Source: Verrucomicrobiota bacterium (GTDB lineage Bacteria; Verrucomicrobiota; Verrucomicrobiia; Limisphaerales; CANJSG01). From it: DNA of 64,000 bases. The position numbers and the translations under genes were made by a program. Of this stretch, positions 37,953 to 47,413 are shown in pieces; the first letter of the stretch is position 1; every line of letters begins with the position of its first letter. The stretch covers positions 1,926-65,925 of the forward strand of contig CANJSG010000002.1 in assembly GCA_947476875.1 (NCBI GenBank). Reading direction: 5' to 3'. Below the pieces are notes generated by a model, which made no database searches, was not told where the DNA came from, and was given only the letters and a program-made list of their open reading frames with translations.

Positions 37953-38702
37953 CTACTTGGCCAGACGGCGGCGGCGATGGCGCCAGGCGCGGAGTTTCCG
38001 GAACGGCATTCCGAGGAACACCTTCCTGAAGAGCTTCAGCTTCTCGCCTGGATCGAGCTTCGGCGGCTGGGCCTCGTCGGGGATATACCAGTTGTTCAGC
38101 TCGGTGCGGCGGACGAGTTTGTAGCCCTGCGAACGAAGGTGGCGGTGCTTGTCGAGCGCGGTGACGTGGTCTTCCAGCAGGATGAGGCGAGGCCGGTGTT
38201 TGCGGAGGTCGAAGCCCATCAGGACGTCGAGTTCCGTGCCCTGTGTGTCGATGGACAACAGGTCCACCCGGGGCGTCCCGGCCTCCTGCACGATGGAATC
38301 GAGCGTCACCAGCGAGATGGGTTCCTGACGGTCGAATTCGACGTCCTCCTCCTCGGCCGTGGGGTCGGTCGTGGCGAAGCCGTGGTAGGCGTTCTTGGGA
38401 AGATGGATGACGCCTTGCCCGGACTTTTCCGGCGAAGTGCAGGCGGCGTGGACAACGCGTGACCCGGGCCGGCGGGCCTTGAGCTGGGCGACCAGGGCGG
38501 ACTGCGGTTCGACGAGGATTCCGCTCCAGCCCTGCTGTTCCAGGTGGAAGGTCTGCGAACCGATCTCGGGGTCGTTGGCCCCGACCTCGATGAAGAAACC
38601 TTCCTTGCGGCGTCCGAAGAACTCCCAGACCTGGTCGGACTGGCGAACCCATTCGTCGTATCCGTCCCAGCGGTCGGGAAGCGTGTTGGCCGAGGTGCTC
38701 AC
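37953..38702 (-). CDS. FkbM-family methyltransferase (copy A)
   Basis: 249 aa. GFFIEVGANDPEIGSQT and DLLSIDTQGTELDVL are FkbM hallmarks. It has a basic C-terminal tail, and it is a paralog of 43994-44701. Confidence 0.82.
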   Translation of the reverse strand: MSTSANTLPDRWDGYDEWVRQSDQVWEFFGRRKEGFFIEVGANDPEIGSQTFHLEQQGWSGILVEPQSALVAQLKARRPGSRVVHAACTSPEKSGQGVIHLPKNAYHGFATTDPTAEEEDVEFDRQEPISLVTLDSIVQEAGTPRVDLLSIDTQGTELDVLMGFDLRKHRPRLILLEDHVTALDKHRHLRSQGYKLVRRTELNNWYIPDEAQPPKLDPGEKLKLFRKVFLGMPFRKLRAWRHRRRRLAK

Positions 38703-38708
38703 GCGGGT

Positions 38709-39227
38709 TCAGCCTTTGCGGCGGAGGACGAATTCCATATTCCCGGCGCGGAAGACGAAGCAGCAATACTTCTCGTAGAAGGCGAGCCCGAACACGGCGG
38801 CGATGGCGCGGCCGACGAGCGACGGAAGTCCGCGGCTGAAGGTCAGCCGTTTGGAAACGAGGTCGAAGGTCTCCTTGCCGTCCTTGCGCTGGTAGTAGGG
38901 TTCCCACGTTTTCATGCTGTAGTGCATGTAGTGGGTGATGTCGCCCCACGAATCCGGCGACGAATAGTGCGGCGTGGCGATCTCGACGAGGCAGCCGGGC
39001 CGCGCGATGCGGGTCAGCTCCTGCATGGCCTTGTAGGGCAGTTGCAGGTGCTCGAGGACATGCGCGCAGACGATGCGGTCGAACGACTGGTCCGCGAAAG
39101 GCCAAGGGTAGGCATCGAGGTCGTGGATCACGTCCGCCGTGCTTTTCGGGTCGAAATCCACGCCGATGGAGCCGGGAATCTTCACCGGACCGCAGCCGAC
39201 GTTTAGGATGGTGGGTTTGTCCGCCAT
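38709..39227 (-). CDS. Class I SAM-dependent methyltransferase
   Basis: 172 aa. Motif I ILNVGCGP and post-I region FDRIVCAHVLEHL. Confidence 0.8.
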   Translation of the reverse strand: MADKPTILNVGCGPVKIPGSIGVDFDPKSTADVIHDLDAYPWPFADQSFDRIVCAHVLEHLQLPYKAMQELTRIARPGCLVEIATPHYSSPDSWGDITHYMHYSMKTWEPYYQRKDGKETFDLVSKRLTFSRGLPSLVGRAIAAVFGLAFYEKYCCFVFRAGNMEFVLRRKG

Positions 39228-39298
39228 GTTGATGCAGGAAGCTATTCGAGCCCCGCGACGCGACGCAAGGACGCCTCTGCTGCGGGGACGTTGGCCAG

Positions 39299-40324
39299 CT
39301 ACGAAGCGGCAAGTTTGGCCAAGGCGGCCATGTGGGCGACTTCGGGACCGCCCTTCGGCAGCCAGAGGGTTTCGGCGTGGGCGTCCGTGGCCTGGGCCAG
39401 CGGGGTGAACAGCATCAGCGGCCGGTCCTCGCGGTAGCCGTCGATCAGACGGCGGAGTTCTTTGCCGCGACGCGGAAGATAGGCGTAGCCCTCGTAACCG
39501 GCCGCCTGGAGCAGGCGGATGCCTTCGTCACGGTTGCGTCCGAGTTCGGTGTAGAGCACGCGGATGCGGTCCGGCCGCAGTTCCGCTCCCAATCCGCGCA
39601 GCACGGAGACGTCGTGGCCTTCCGTGTCGACCTTGAGCAGGTCGATCCGGCCAAGGCCCTGTTCGGCGAAGATCTTCGGCAGGGTCGTCAGCCTCACGTC
39701 CACGCCGCGGACCTGCTTGCGGTTGCCGGCCCAGTCCTGGAGCAGCGAATGTTCGCCGTCGTAGTCGGGGCTTTCGAAGAGTTGGGCCGAGCCTTCCTTG
39801 TCGGAAGCGGCCGCCTCGACCACGGCGCAATGGGCTTCCCAGCCGTTGACGGCGATGTTGCGTCGGACGGTGGCCGCGAGGACGGGATGGGGTTCCACGA
39901 AGACGACGCGGGCGCTCCGCATGCGCCGGGAGAAAAGCCCGATGTAGCCGCAGTTGGCCCCGCAGTCGACGCAGGTGCCGCCGGCCGGCAGGAACTCGCG
40001 GACGGCCCACTCCAACTGGGGTTCCATGTCCCCATCCATCCAAAAGATCGTGTGCTGGACGACGCTGTCCAAATCGACCACGAGCCGGATGCCGTTCCTC
40101 ATGTGGATGCGCTGGTGGCGTGCGATGACCGCGCGGAAGAGCCGCCGCAGCAGGGCGTGGCCGGGGCTGAGCGGGAGGTTCCGGTAGGCGCGGAATGTCC
40201 GCCTGAGAAACTCGGCGAGGGCGGATTCGGTGATGTCGGGCTGGCTCATGAATGTTCCATGCCCGGCATCGGCTTCCGGCCGGGACCGGCCGGGCCGGTC
40301 GATGACTGCGAGCGTGGACTTCAT
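39299..40324 (-). CDS. FkbM-family methyltransferase (copy B, longer N-terminus)
   Basis: CVDCGANCGYIGLF and IDLLKVDTEGHDVSVL motifs. An alternative start at 40249 (MSQPDITES) is possible. Confidence 0.78.
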   Translation of the reverse strand: MKSTLAVIDRPGRSRPEADAGHGTFMSQPDITESALAEFLRRTFRAYRNLPLSPGHALLRRLFRAVIARHQRIHMRNGIRLVVDLDSVVQHTIFWMDGDMEPQLEWAVREFLPAGGTCVDCGANCGYIGLFSRRMRSARVVFVEPHPVLAATVRRNIAVNGWEAHCAVVEAAASDKEGSAQLFESPDYDGEHSLLQDWAGNRKQVRGVDVRLTTLPKIFAEQGLGRIDLLKVDTEGHDVSVLRGLGAELRPDRIRVLYTELGRNRDEGIRLLQAAGYEGYAYLPRRGKELRRLIDGYREDRPLMLFTPLAQATDAHAETLWLPKGGPEVAHMAALAKLAAS

Positions 40325-40431
40325 GCTACGGAGGCGGAGAAACCCTTTTCAAACGGTTTCGCCGTCGCGCACCGGTTTGCACGAGGAATGAAATTGAGTT
40401 CGCCTCCCCGCCCACCGGAAGCTCCGGCCCG

Positions 40432-41886
40432 GTGCTGTTCAACTCCTACGAGTTCATCTTCGTCTTCCTGCCCGTCGTCCTGCTGCTCTGGCATGTGACC
40501 GCGCGGAAGGCCGGCGCCACCCCGGGAAAGTTCCTTCTGCTGCTGGCATCGCTGGTTTTCTACGGCCTCGGGGGACCGCAGTTCCTGCTGCTACTGGTGG
40601 CGTCGATGGCCTTCAACTTCTTCTTCGGCCGGCTGGTGGGCCGCGAATCGCTGGCGCCGTGGTCCCGGAAACTGCTGCTCACGGTCGGTCTGGTGATCAA
40701 CCTCGGAGTGCTAGGCTACTTCAAGTATGCCGATTTCTTCGTGGCCAACGCCAACGCGCTGCTGGGCACGGACTGGCCGCTGCTCCGGGTAGTCCTGCCG
40801 CTCGGCATCTCCTTCTACACCTTCCAGAAGGTCGGCTACCTGGTGGATTCGTATCGCGGCCTGACGCGCGGCTGCTCCTTCGCCGACTACTGCCTGTTCG
40901 TCAGTTTCTTCCCGCAGCTCATCGCCGGGCCCATCGTCCACCACTCGGAACTCCTCCCGCAGTTCCGCAACCAGGAGAGCCGGGGCTGCACCGCCGACAG
41001 CCTCGCCGAGGGCGTTGCCCTGTTCACCCTGGGATTGGCCAAGAAGGTCCTGATCGCCGACAGCCTGTCCGGATCGGTCGGCCGTGTTTTCAATGCCGCC
41101 GCGAGCGGAGCGGACTTTTTGACGGCCGACGCGTGGCTGGGTCTGTTGGCCTACACCTTCCAGCTCTACTTCGACTTCTCCGGCTATTCCGACATGGCCA
41201 TCGGCCTCGGCCGGATGTTCGGGGTGACGCTGCCGTTCAACTTCAACTCGCCCTACTCGGCCACGTCGTTAAGCGACTTCTGGCGGCGCTGGCACATCAC
41301 CCTCTCCAATTTCATCCGCGACTACCTCTTCATTCCGTTCGGCGGAAGCCGCGCAGGGGCGTTCCGGACCTGCTTCAACCTCGCCGCCGTCATGACCATC
41401 GCGGGCCTGTGGCACGGGGCGAAATGGACCTTCGTCGTCTGGGGCGCGGCCCATGGCCTGATGCTCGCCGTGAACCATGTCTGGCGGAAAACGATGGGCG
41501 AACGGGTTCGCCTGCCGAAGTGGGCGGGATGGGCCGGCACGTTCGTCTTCGTCATGCTGGCTTGGGTTCTCTTCCGCGCCGACAACCTGGAAACGGCCGG
41601 AAGGATCTACGCCAAGCTGTTCTCCTTCGGCGACGGGCCGGGCGGTCCGCCGCTGGTGAAGCCGCGCTATTGGATCTACGCCGGGCTGTTGATCGCCGTC
41701 GTCCGTTGGCTGCCGAACTCGCAGCGCATGGTTTTCCAATCGGCTTCCGAACAGAACACGCCCGCTTGGTGGCGACGGCTCGAATGGCGGCCGAACACGT
41801 TCTGGGCCTGCCTGCTCGCGCTGCTCTTCGCCGCGTGCGTCTTGAGCCTGTCCAACGTCAGCGAGTTCCTCTACTGGCAGTTTTGA
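40432..41886 (+). CDS. MBOAT-family membrane O-acyltransferase (AlgI/DltB/PatA-like)
   Basis: GTG start giving (M)LFNSYEFIFVFLPVV, the typical MBOAT N-terminus. Conserved-His region FWRRWHITLSNFIRDYLFIPFGG. Multi-pass membrane protein. Confidence 0.9.
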   Translation: MLFNSYEFIFVFLPVVLLLWHVTARKAGATPGKFLLLLASLVFYGLGGPQFLLLLVASMAFNFFFGRLVGRESLAPWSRKLLLTVGLVINLGVLGYFKYADFFVANANALLGTDWPLLRVVLPLGISFYTFQKVGYLVDSYRGLTRGCSFADYCLFVSFFPQLIAGPIVHHSELLPQFRNQESRGCTADSLAEGVALFTLGLAKKVLIADSLSGSVGRVFNAAASGADFLTADAWLGLLAYTFQLYFDFSGYSDMAIGLGRMFGVTLPFNFNSPYSATSLSDFWRRWHITLSNFIRDYLFIPFGGSRAGAFRTCFNLAAVMTIAGLWHGAKWTFVVWGAAHGLMLAVNHVWRKTMGERVRLPKWAGWAGTFVFVMLAWVLFRADNLETAGRIYAKLFSFGDGPGGPPLVKPRYWIYAGLLIAVVRWLPNSQRMVFQSASEQNTPAWWRRLEWRPNTFWACLLALLFAACVLSLSNVSEFLYWQF

Positions 41887-41891
41887 ACGCG

Positions 41892-42830
41892 ATGAAGACC
41901 CCGGCCGATAGCCTGAAATTCCTGCGCCTCTTCTGCGGAATCGCGCTGGGATTCGTCGCCGTCACCGTCGCCATCGGGCTCGCGGTCGATCCGTGGAATC
42001 GTTTCGGCCTGAATCGCCTGGGCGTCTTCATCTCCGCGTCGCGCGAGTTCAAACTGACCGAGGCGGCCCGCTTTCCTCACGACGCCCTCCTGCTCGGCAA
42101 CAGCCGGACGGCCATGCTGCCGGCGGCTGAGTTGAAGGAAGCCAAATTCTTCAACGGGGCCTTCGAGGGCGCGAGCCTCGGCGAGATCCGGCTTTTGCTC
42201 GAACGGCGTCTCCACGGCCAGAAGCTCGTCGTCCTCAATCTCGATCCCTACACGCTTGGCCCCGAGTCGGACCGTATTCCCACGGAGGCGTTCGCCGCTC
42301 CCGGGCCGCGCGTCCTTGGCAGCTACCTCGGCAGCCTCAAGGCGCTGGAGTATTCCGCCAAGACGATCGGTAGCGGCCTCGCCGGAAAGCCTCGGAGCTA
42401 CCTCCCAGACGGAACCACGGCTTCGGAAGAATGGAAAGGCCAGCGGGACGTGGACGACCTGCCGTGGCAGCAGAGCCAGTTGAAAATACAGCGGGGACGG
42501 CTGGCCGGCTTCCGCTTCGACCCGAAACGCGTCGAGGAACTGCGCGCCATCGACACCCTTGTCCGGCAACGCGGCGCAACCTTGGTGGCCTACCTGAGCC
42601 CGGTTCATGAAGATCTCTGGCCGGCGCTTTCTTCCGGCCAGGCCGGTGATGAATGGGCGCAAGCAACGAAGGCGGTGAAGGAAGTGTTTCCCAAGGCTGT
42701 CGACCTGACCCACAGCGCCTACTCGGCCCGGACCAACTACTACAAGACGGACCCGGTCCACTTCTATCCCGAGGTCGGTATCCGTTTCCTCAACAGCGAT
42801 GTGCTGAGTCCGCTCGCATCACCCCGCTGA
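41892..42830 (+). CDS. MBOAT partner protein, N-terminally anchored, SGNH/DltD-like
   Basis: ATG 41892, 6 nt after the MBOAT stop, 312 aa. TM anchor FLRLFCGIALGFVAVTVAIGL. LLLGNSRT (Ser block) and a C-terminal DPVHF (DxxH block) resemble SGNH/DltD-type acyl-transfer partners. Confidence 0.6.
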   Translation: MKTPADSLKFLRLFCGIALGFVAVTVAIGLAVDPWNRFGLNRLGVFISASREFKLTEAARFPHDALLLGNSRTAMLPAAELKEAKFFNGAFEGASLGEIRLLLERRLHGQKLVVLNLDPYTLGPESDRIPTEAFAAPGPRVLGSYLGSLKALEYSAKTIGSGLAGKPRSYLPDGTTASEEWKGQRDVDDLPWQQSQLKIQRGRLAGFRFDPKRVEELRAIDTLVRQRGATLVAYLSPVHEDLWPALSSGQAGDEWAQATKAVKEVFPKAVDLTHSAYSARTNYYKTDPVHFYPEVGIRFLNSDVLSPLASPR

Positions 42831-43997
42831 AGCCGGGACGAGGCTGCGATAAAGCTCGGCGACTTTTCTGCTCATGCCGGCGAGCGAGAACCGCGATGCG
42901 ACCTTTGAGTGCATTTCCAGCCGTTGTTCCCATGTGGGACGCCGTTCCTTCGCCACTTCCAGCATGGCGTTGGCGAGAGCATCCACCGACTCGGCCGGAA
43001 CCAGCCGTCCTGCGCCACCGGCCGCGAAGGCTTCGGGAATGCCGTCGAGATCCGAGGCGATGACGCTGCGTCCGCAGGCGTGGGCCTCGCAGACAACAAG
43101 GCCGAACGCTTCCGTGCCGACCTGCGGATGGACCATGCAGTGGATCGCGTTCATCGCGGCCGACATGTCGGTGCAGTAGGGCGTGAGCGCCGCGCACCCT
43201 TCCAAACCCAGTCGGCGAATGTCGTCGCGAAGCAGATCGGCCATGTTGCCGCGACCGACGATCAGGAAGCGTGCCTTGGGAATCTGCGAACTGATCCGCG
43301 CGGCGGCTTCGAGGAACTCGCGCTGTCCTTTGCCTCGCGGCAGCGAATAGCCGCCCACGACAGCGAAGACGAATTCGTCCGGCCCCACCTGCCACTCACG
43401 TCGAAGCGAGACCACCCCAGGATGTTCGTCCGCCAGCGGAACAAACCAGGCGTCGTCGATGCCGCCATGGATCACGCGGATCTTGCCGTGATCGCCCAGC
43501 AGCGGGGGACGCAAATGGCGTTCGGGATTGGGGGAAGCCGGTTCGTAGTGGCCTTTCCGAAGCACTTCCGCCGTGAACTCCGAGACGGCGATCAACACGT
43601 CGCATCGCCCCAAAAGAAACTTCCGGCTTGGCCAGGAACTCGGGCTCTTGGCCATGTGGCGGGTCAGGACAATTTTCGGCCGCGTTCCCGAAAGCCGCGC
43701 GGCGAGGATCGTCGGCCAGATGTCGCGACCATGATGGCCATGAACAATCTGGTGCTTGCCCCGGCGAAGCTCTTTGGCGGCGGCGAGGATGAAGCGGAGC
43801 TTGGCCGGGCCTTCCCGGGGAGTCGCAACAAAAGGCACGCCGCGTTCACGCAAGATGCGGGAGAATTCCCGGCCGTCGGGCCCGGCCACAGAGGCTTCGA
43901 CGCCGAAGGCGGCCAACCCCTCGGCCAGCCGGGCGCACTGGTCGTCCGTGCCGCCACCGGTCAGGAGGGAGTTGAGATGGAGCGCGCGCAGGCTCAT
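42819..43997 (-). CDS. Glycosyltransferase family 4 (GT-B)
   Basis: 392 aa. N-terminal LTGGGTDDQ and a C-terminal EAFGLVVCEAHACGRSVIASD (E-x7-E region). Confidence 0.85.
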   Translation of the reverse strand: MSLRALHLNSLLTGGGTDDQCARLAEGLAAFGVEASVAGPDGREFSRILRERGVPFVATPREGPAKLRFILAAAKELRRGKHQIVHGHHGRDIWPTILAARLSGTRPKIVLTRHMAKSPSSWPSRKFLLGRCDVLIAVSEFTAEVLRKGHYEPASPNPERHLRPPLLGDHGKIRVIHGGIDDAWFVPLADEHPGVVSLRREWQVGPDEFVFAVVGGYSLPRGKGQREFLEAAARISSQIPKARFLIVGRGNMADLLRDDIRRLGLEGCAALTPYCTDMSAAMNAIHCMVHPQVGTEAFGLVVCEAHACGRSVIASDLDGIPEAFAAGGAGRLVPAESVDALANAMLEVAKERRPTWEQRLEMHSKVASRFSLAGMSRKVAELYRSLVPASAG

Positions 43998-44701
43998 GCC
44001 GGGCGGCGGGCGGTGCGGAACCTGTCCCAGACGGCCTTGAGCCGCCGCATGGGAGTGCCGGGCCAGACCTTGCGCCAGAGCTTGAGGCGTTCGCCGAAGG
44101 TGGTCGCCGGACCCGGCGTGCCTTCGGGCACATACCAGTTGTTGTTACCGGTGCGCTTCACCAGCCGGTAACCCTGGCTGCGGATGAGGAAATGGGTTTT
44201 CCAGTCGGTCAGATGATCCTCGACGAAGAGCAGCTTCGGCCGGTGTTTCTGGAGGGTGAAGCCCCGCAGGACATCGAACTGGGTGCCTTCGACGTCAATG
44301 GAGATGAAGTCGATCTCGGGACTGCCGGCTTCGGCCAGGAGTTCGTCCATCGTCAGCACAGGGACGGTTTCCATCCGCACGTAGCGGATGCCGGGATCGA
44401 CAAGGTTCGGAGCGAGCGATGAATGCCCGTCGGCCTCGGCCTCGTGGAATTCCGCCGTCTCCGCGTGCCCCGGTCCACCGCAGGCAACCTGGAAAACACG
44501 GCTGGCCGGACGCGCCGCGCGGAGCTTGTCAGCCAAACGTCCGAGCGGTTCCACCAGCAGTCCTTTCCAGCCCTTCGATTCCAGCAGCCACGTCTGCGAA
44601 TAGGTCTTCGGATCGTTTGCGCCGACGTCGACGAAGAACCCGCTGTCCTTTCGGCCGAAGTATTCCCAGACGAGTTCGTCTTCCTGCTTGGGTGCGCTCA
44701 T
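43994..44701 (-). CDS. FkbM-family methyltransferase (copy C)
   Basis: Start at ATG 44701 (ATGA overlap). MSAPKQEDELVWEYFGRKDSGFFVDVGANDPKTYSQT and IDFISIDVEGTQFDVL. It is collinear with copy A, including the basic tail. Confidence 0.82.
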   Translation of the reverse strand: MSAPKQEDELVWEYFGRKDSGFFVDVGANDPKTYSQTWLLESKGWKGLLVEPLGRLADKLRAARPASRVFQVACGGPGHAETAEFHEAEADGHSSLAPNLVDPGIRYVRMETVPVLTMDELLAEAGSPEIDFISIDVEGTQFDVLRGFTLQKHRPKLLFVEDHLTDWKTHFLIRSQGYRLVKRTGNNNWYVPEGTPGPATTFGERLKLWRKVWPGTPMRRLKAVWDRFRTARRPA

Positions 44702-45501
44702 TTCGATGCGGCGAGGTATTGGTCGATGCCGCGCGCGCAGCGGAGGCGCTTGGAGCGGATGGTTTCGTCCAGCCGGGCGAGGCTCGCGCCGACGTGGTCG
44801 CGCGGGGCCATGGGATGGTTCAGGTGAAACACGATGGCGTGAGCGTAGACAAACTTGCGCGCCCTTCCAAGGTGGTAGAGCCGCGTGCCTAGGTCGGAAT
44901 CCTCGCCGATGCCCCAGCCGGAGTATTCCTCGTCGAAGCCGTTGACCGCGACGACGTCGTCCCGCCACGCGGCCATGTTGCAGCCGATGATGCCGCGCTG
45001 GGCGGTGTCGCGCTTGACGACGGGAAAGGGCAGGCGAAGACCCTTGGCCGCTCCCGTGATCCGGCCGGAGAGCATCCAGCGCAGCACGGGCGTGTGGCCG
45101 GCGGCGAATTGCGGGACGAACTTCTCCTCCACGAAACAGCGCCGGGCCTGCACCCAGAAGCCGCGTTCAGCGACGGCGAGATGGTCTTCGACGAAGCGCC
45201 GATGAGGCACGCAGTCGCCGTCGGTGAAGACGAGGTAGTCGCCGGAAGCCGCCGCCACGGCCTTGTTCAGGATGATCGTCTTCCGGAAGCCGTCGTCCTC
45301 ATGCCAGACGTGTTTCACGGGGAAGCTCCGTGTCTTGGCCCAGGTTTCGACGAGTGCGCGGGTCGGTGCTTTGGAACCATCATCGGCGATCAGGACCTCG
45401 TGCGGAGCCTGCGACTGGAGGTCGACGCCCGCAAAGCACTTGGCCAGCACGTCGGGCCGGTTGTAGGTGCTGATGATCAGCGAGAGTTTCGGCTGGGACA
45501 T
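44698..45501 (-). CDS. Glycosyltransferase family 2
   Basis: Start at ATG 45501 (MSQPKLSLIISTYNRPDVL). Has ADDGS and the DxD-type FTDGD. It overlaps the upstream gene by 25 nt. The track ORF (to 46038) is over-extended. Confidence 0.85.
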   Translation of the reverse strand: MSQPKLSLIISTYNRPDVLAKCFAGVDLQSQAPHEVLIADDGSKAPTRALVETWAKTRSFPVKHVWHEDDGFRKTIILNKAVAAASGDYLVFTDGDCVPHRRFVEDHLAVAERGFWVQARRCFVEEKFVPQFAAGHTPVLRWMLSGRITGAAKGLRLPFPVVKRDTAQRGIIGCNMAAWRDDVVAVNGFDEEYSGWGIGEDSDLGTRLYHLGRARKFVYAHAIVFHLNHPMAPRDHVGASLARLDETIRSKRLRCARGIDQYLAASK

Positions 45502-46271
45502 GGCGGAAGCGTCGGCTGCTGGGTCTCGTAGAGGCGCGTGTGGCGGAAGAGCGTCGAGTAGGCCGTGGAAAAGGCGATGAAGAAGCCGGGATAGCCGTCG
45601 AGGAAACCGAGCTTGAAGACGTAGGCACGGAAGAACCGCCAGAGCGACCGCACCACCACGGCGGGCGCGGACCATTTGGTTCCGGCAGCGAGCTGGCGCT
45701 TCAGGTAGAGGTCCGCGAAGTAGGGGAACTTCAGCAGAAAGCCGGTGATCGTCGGATTGCTGTAGTGCAGCAGGTCGGCGGCGAGCTTCTTCTCCGCGCC
45801 TTTCAACTCCACGTAGCAGTGTTCCTCGGTTCCGCCCCAGCGACCCGAGTCCTTGCGATAAAGCCTCAGCACACGATCGGGATACCAGTCGCCGTGGGTG
45901 ATCCAGCGTCCGAGGAACCAGACTTTGCGCGGGAAGGAAGCACCGGTGAAGCGATCTTGGTCGCCGTTGAAAAAGGCTTCCAGTTCCGCGCGGAGTTCCG
46001 GCGCGACTTCCTCGTCGGCGTCGAGCTGGAGGATCCACGGCTGCGTGGCGTGGTCGCCCACGAGGTTCTTCTGTTCGCGGAAGCCGAGCCAGCGATGACG
46101 GTGCACGATGGCTCCGTGCTGGCGGCAGAGCTCCTCCGTGCCGTCGGCCACTTCCTCGTTCAGCACGACGACGATCTCCGCCACCCAGCCTTCGACCGAG
46201 GCCAATGCCCGGCCGATCCGGTGCGCTTCGGCACCGGAGATCAGGCAGACGGAGACGGGCAGCTTTTTCAT
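45477..46271 (-). CDS. Glycosyltransferase family 2, LPS-core type (WaaE/KdtX-like)
   Basis: 264 aa. VSVCLISGAEAHRIGRAL, LQLDADEEV (DxD), and a C-terminal GFLDGYPGF typical of this subfamily. Confidence 0.8.
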   Translation of the reverse strand: MKKLPVSVCLISGAEAHRIGRALASVEGWVAEIVVVLNEEVADGTEELCRQHGAIVHRHRWLGFREQKNLVGDHATQPWILQLDADEEVAPELRAELEAFFNGDQDRFTGASFPRKVWFLGRWITHGDWYPDRVLRLYRKDSGRWGGTEEHCYVELKGAEKKLAADLLHYSNPTITGFLLKFPYFADLYLKRQLAAGTKWSAPAVVVRSLWRFFRAYVFKLGFLDGYPGFFIAFSTAYSTLFRHTRLYETQQPTLPPCPSRNSR

Positions 46272-46307
46272 CGTATCGAGAACACCAGAAGGCTACGAAC
46301 GGCCCGG

Positions 46308-47390
46308 ATGATCGGCGAATGGTCCAGCTTCTACAACGCGACGCGAGACGCCCGCAAACTCATTGTCGTGGACCTGGGGTTCCTCGGCGACTCGGTGCAT
46401 CTCGTCCCCGCGCTGTGGGAATTGAAGCGGCACCATCCCGCCGCCGAGATCCACACGCTCTCCGCCACGCTCGGAGCCGAGGTGCTGAAGATGGTTCCCT
46501 GCGTGACCCGGGCCTGGGGATTTCCGCTCGGCGGACAGAGCCCGCCGTGGTGGCGGCACTGGGGGATCATCCGCGAGTTGCGCCGGCAGAAGTTCGACCT
46601 CGCGATCAACTTCAGCGGGGCCGACCGGACGGTTTTCCTGACCGCGTTGACCGGCGCGATATGGCGACTCGGCCATCCGGGGGGGCGCTGGCATTTCTGG
46701 AGCCGGTGGTTGATCCCGACGTGGACGCCGAAGGTCGATTCTGATCTGCCGATCTACGAACAACGCCGCCAAGTCCTCAGCTCCATCGGCTGCAAACTGG
46801 AGCCGGCAAGGTTCGGCCTCGCGGTTCCGTCCGACGCGGCGGAATGGGCGGAGAAGACGGTTCCGGCGGGTTCGATCCATCTCTCCGTGAATGCCAGCAG
46901 TCCTTTCAAGGAATGGCCGATCGCGCATTGGGCAACCTTGGCCAAAGAGCTTTTGGCTGATTCGGCCGCGTCGTTGGTCGCCACAGGCAGCAGCCACCCG
47001 CGAGAGGTTTCCCGGCTCAAGGAACTCGCCGCCCTCGTCGCCGATCCGAGGCTGAAGATTTTCGCGGGAGGCATCTCCGTGCCGCAACTGGCCGCATTGC
47101 TGGCGCGGTGCCGGCTGCATTTGGGAACGGATTCCGGAGTCACGCATCTCGCCTTCGCCCTCGGCGTGCCGACCTCGACGATCTTCCGCGACTACACCGG
47201 CCGGCTCCAGTGGGCGCCGCGCGGAGAAGGCCATCGCCACATCTGCCGCGAATGCCGCTGCGACCGCGCCGGAGCCATCCAGCCGGACTGCACCTCGGCG
47301 GGAACGGCCTTATGCCTCGCCGCCATCAAGCCATTTGAAGTCCTGCGTGAACTCGTTCCTGCGCGGAGCGAAGCACAGTCGCCACGCTGA
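46308..47390 (+). CDS. Glycosyltransferase family 9 (heptosyltransferase-like)
   Basis: ATG 46308, 360 aa. KLIVVDLGFLGDSVHLVPALWELKRHHPAAEIHTL and a C-terminal LHLGTDSGVTHLA are GT9 signatures. It is divergent from the GT2 gene across only 36 bp. Confidence 0.85.
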   Translation: MIGEWSSFYNATRDARKLIVVDLGFLGDSVHLVPALWELKRHHPAAEIHTLSATLGAEVLKMVPCVTRAWGFPLGGQSPPWWRHWGIIRELRRQKFDLAINFSGADRTVFLTALTGAIWRLGHPGGRWHFWSRWLIPTWTPKVDSDLPIYEQRRQVLSSIGCKLEPARFGLAVPSDAAEWAEKTVPAGSIHLSVNASSPFKEWPIAHWATLAKELLADSAASLVATGSSHPREVSRLKELAALVADPRLKIFAGGISVPQLAALLARCRLHLGTDSGVTHLAFALGVPTSTIFRDYTGRLQWAPRGEGHRHICRECRCDRAGAIQPDCTSAGTALCLAAIKPFEVLRELVPARSEAQSPR

Positions 47391-47413
47391 CGTTTCTCTT
47401 CCAGCCTCGCCGC

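Noticed and set aside
40659-42830. 723-aa plus-strand ORF spanning the MBOAT gene and its neighbour
   Set aside because: Its first 411 codons are an out-of-frame read through the MBOAT gene. Only the last 312 codons, from ATG 41892, are taken as a real gene. The same logic was applied to 45540-47390 (real gene from 46308) and 18019-19302 (folB from 18955).
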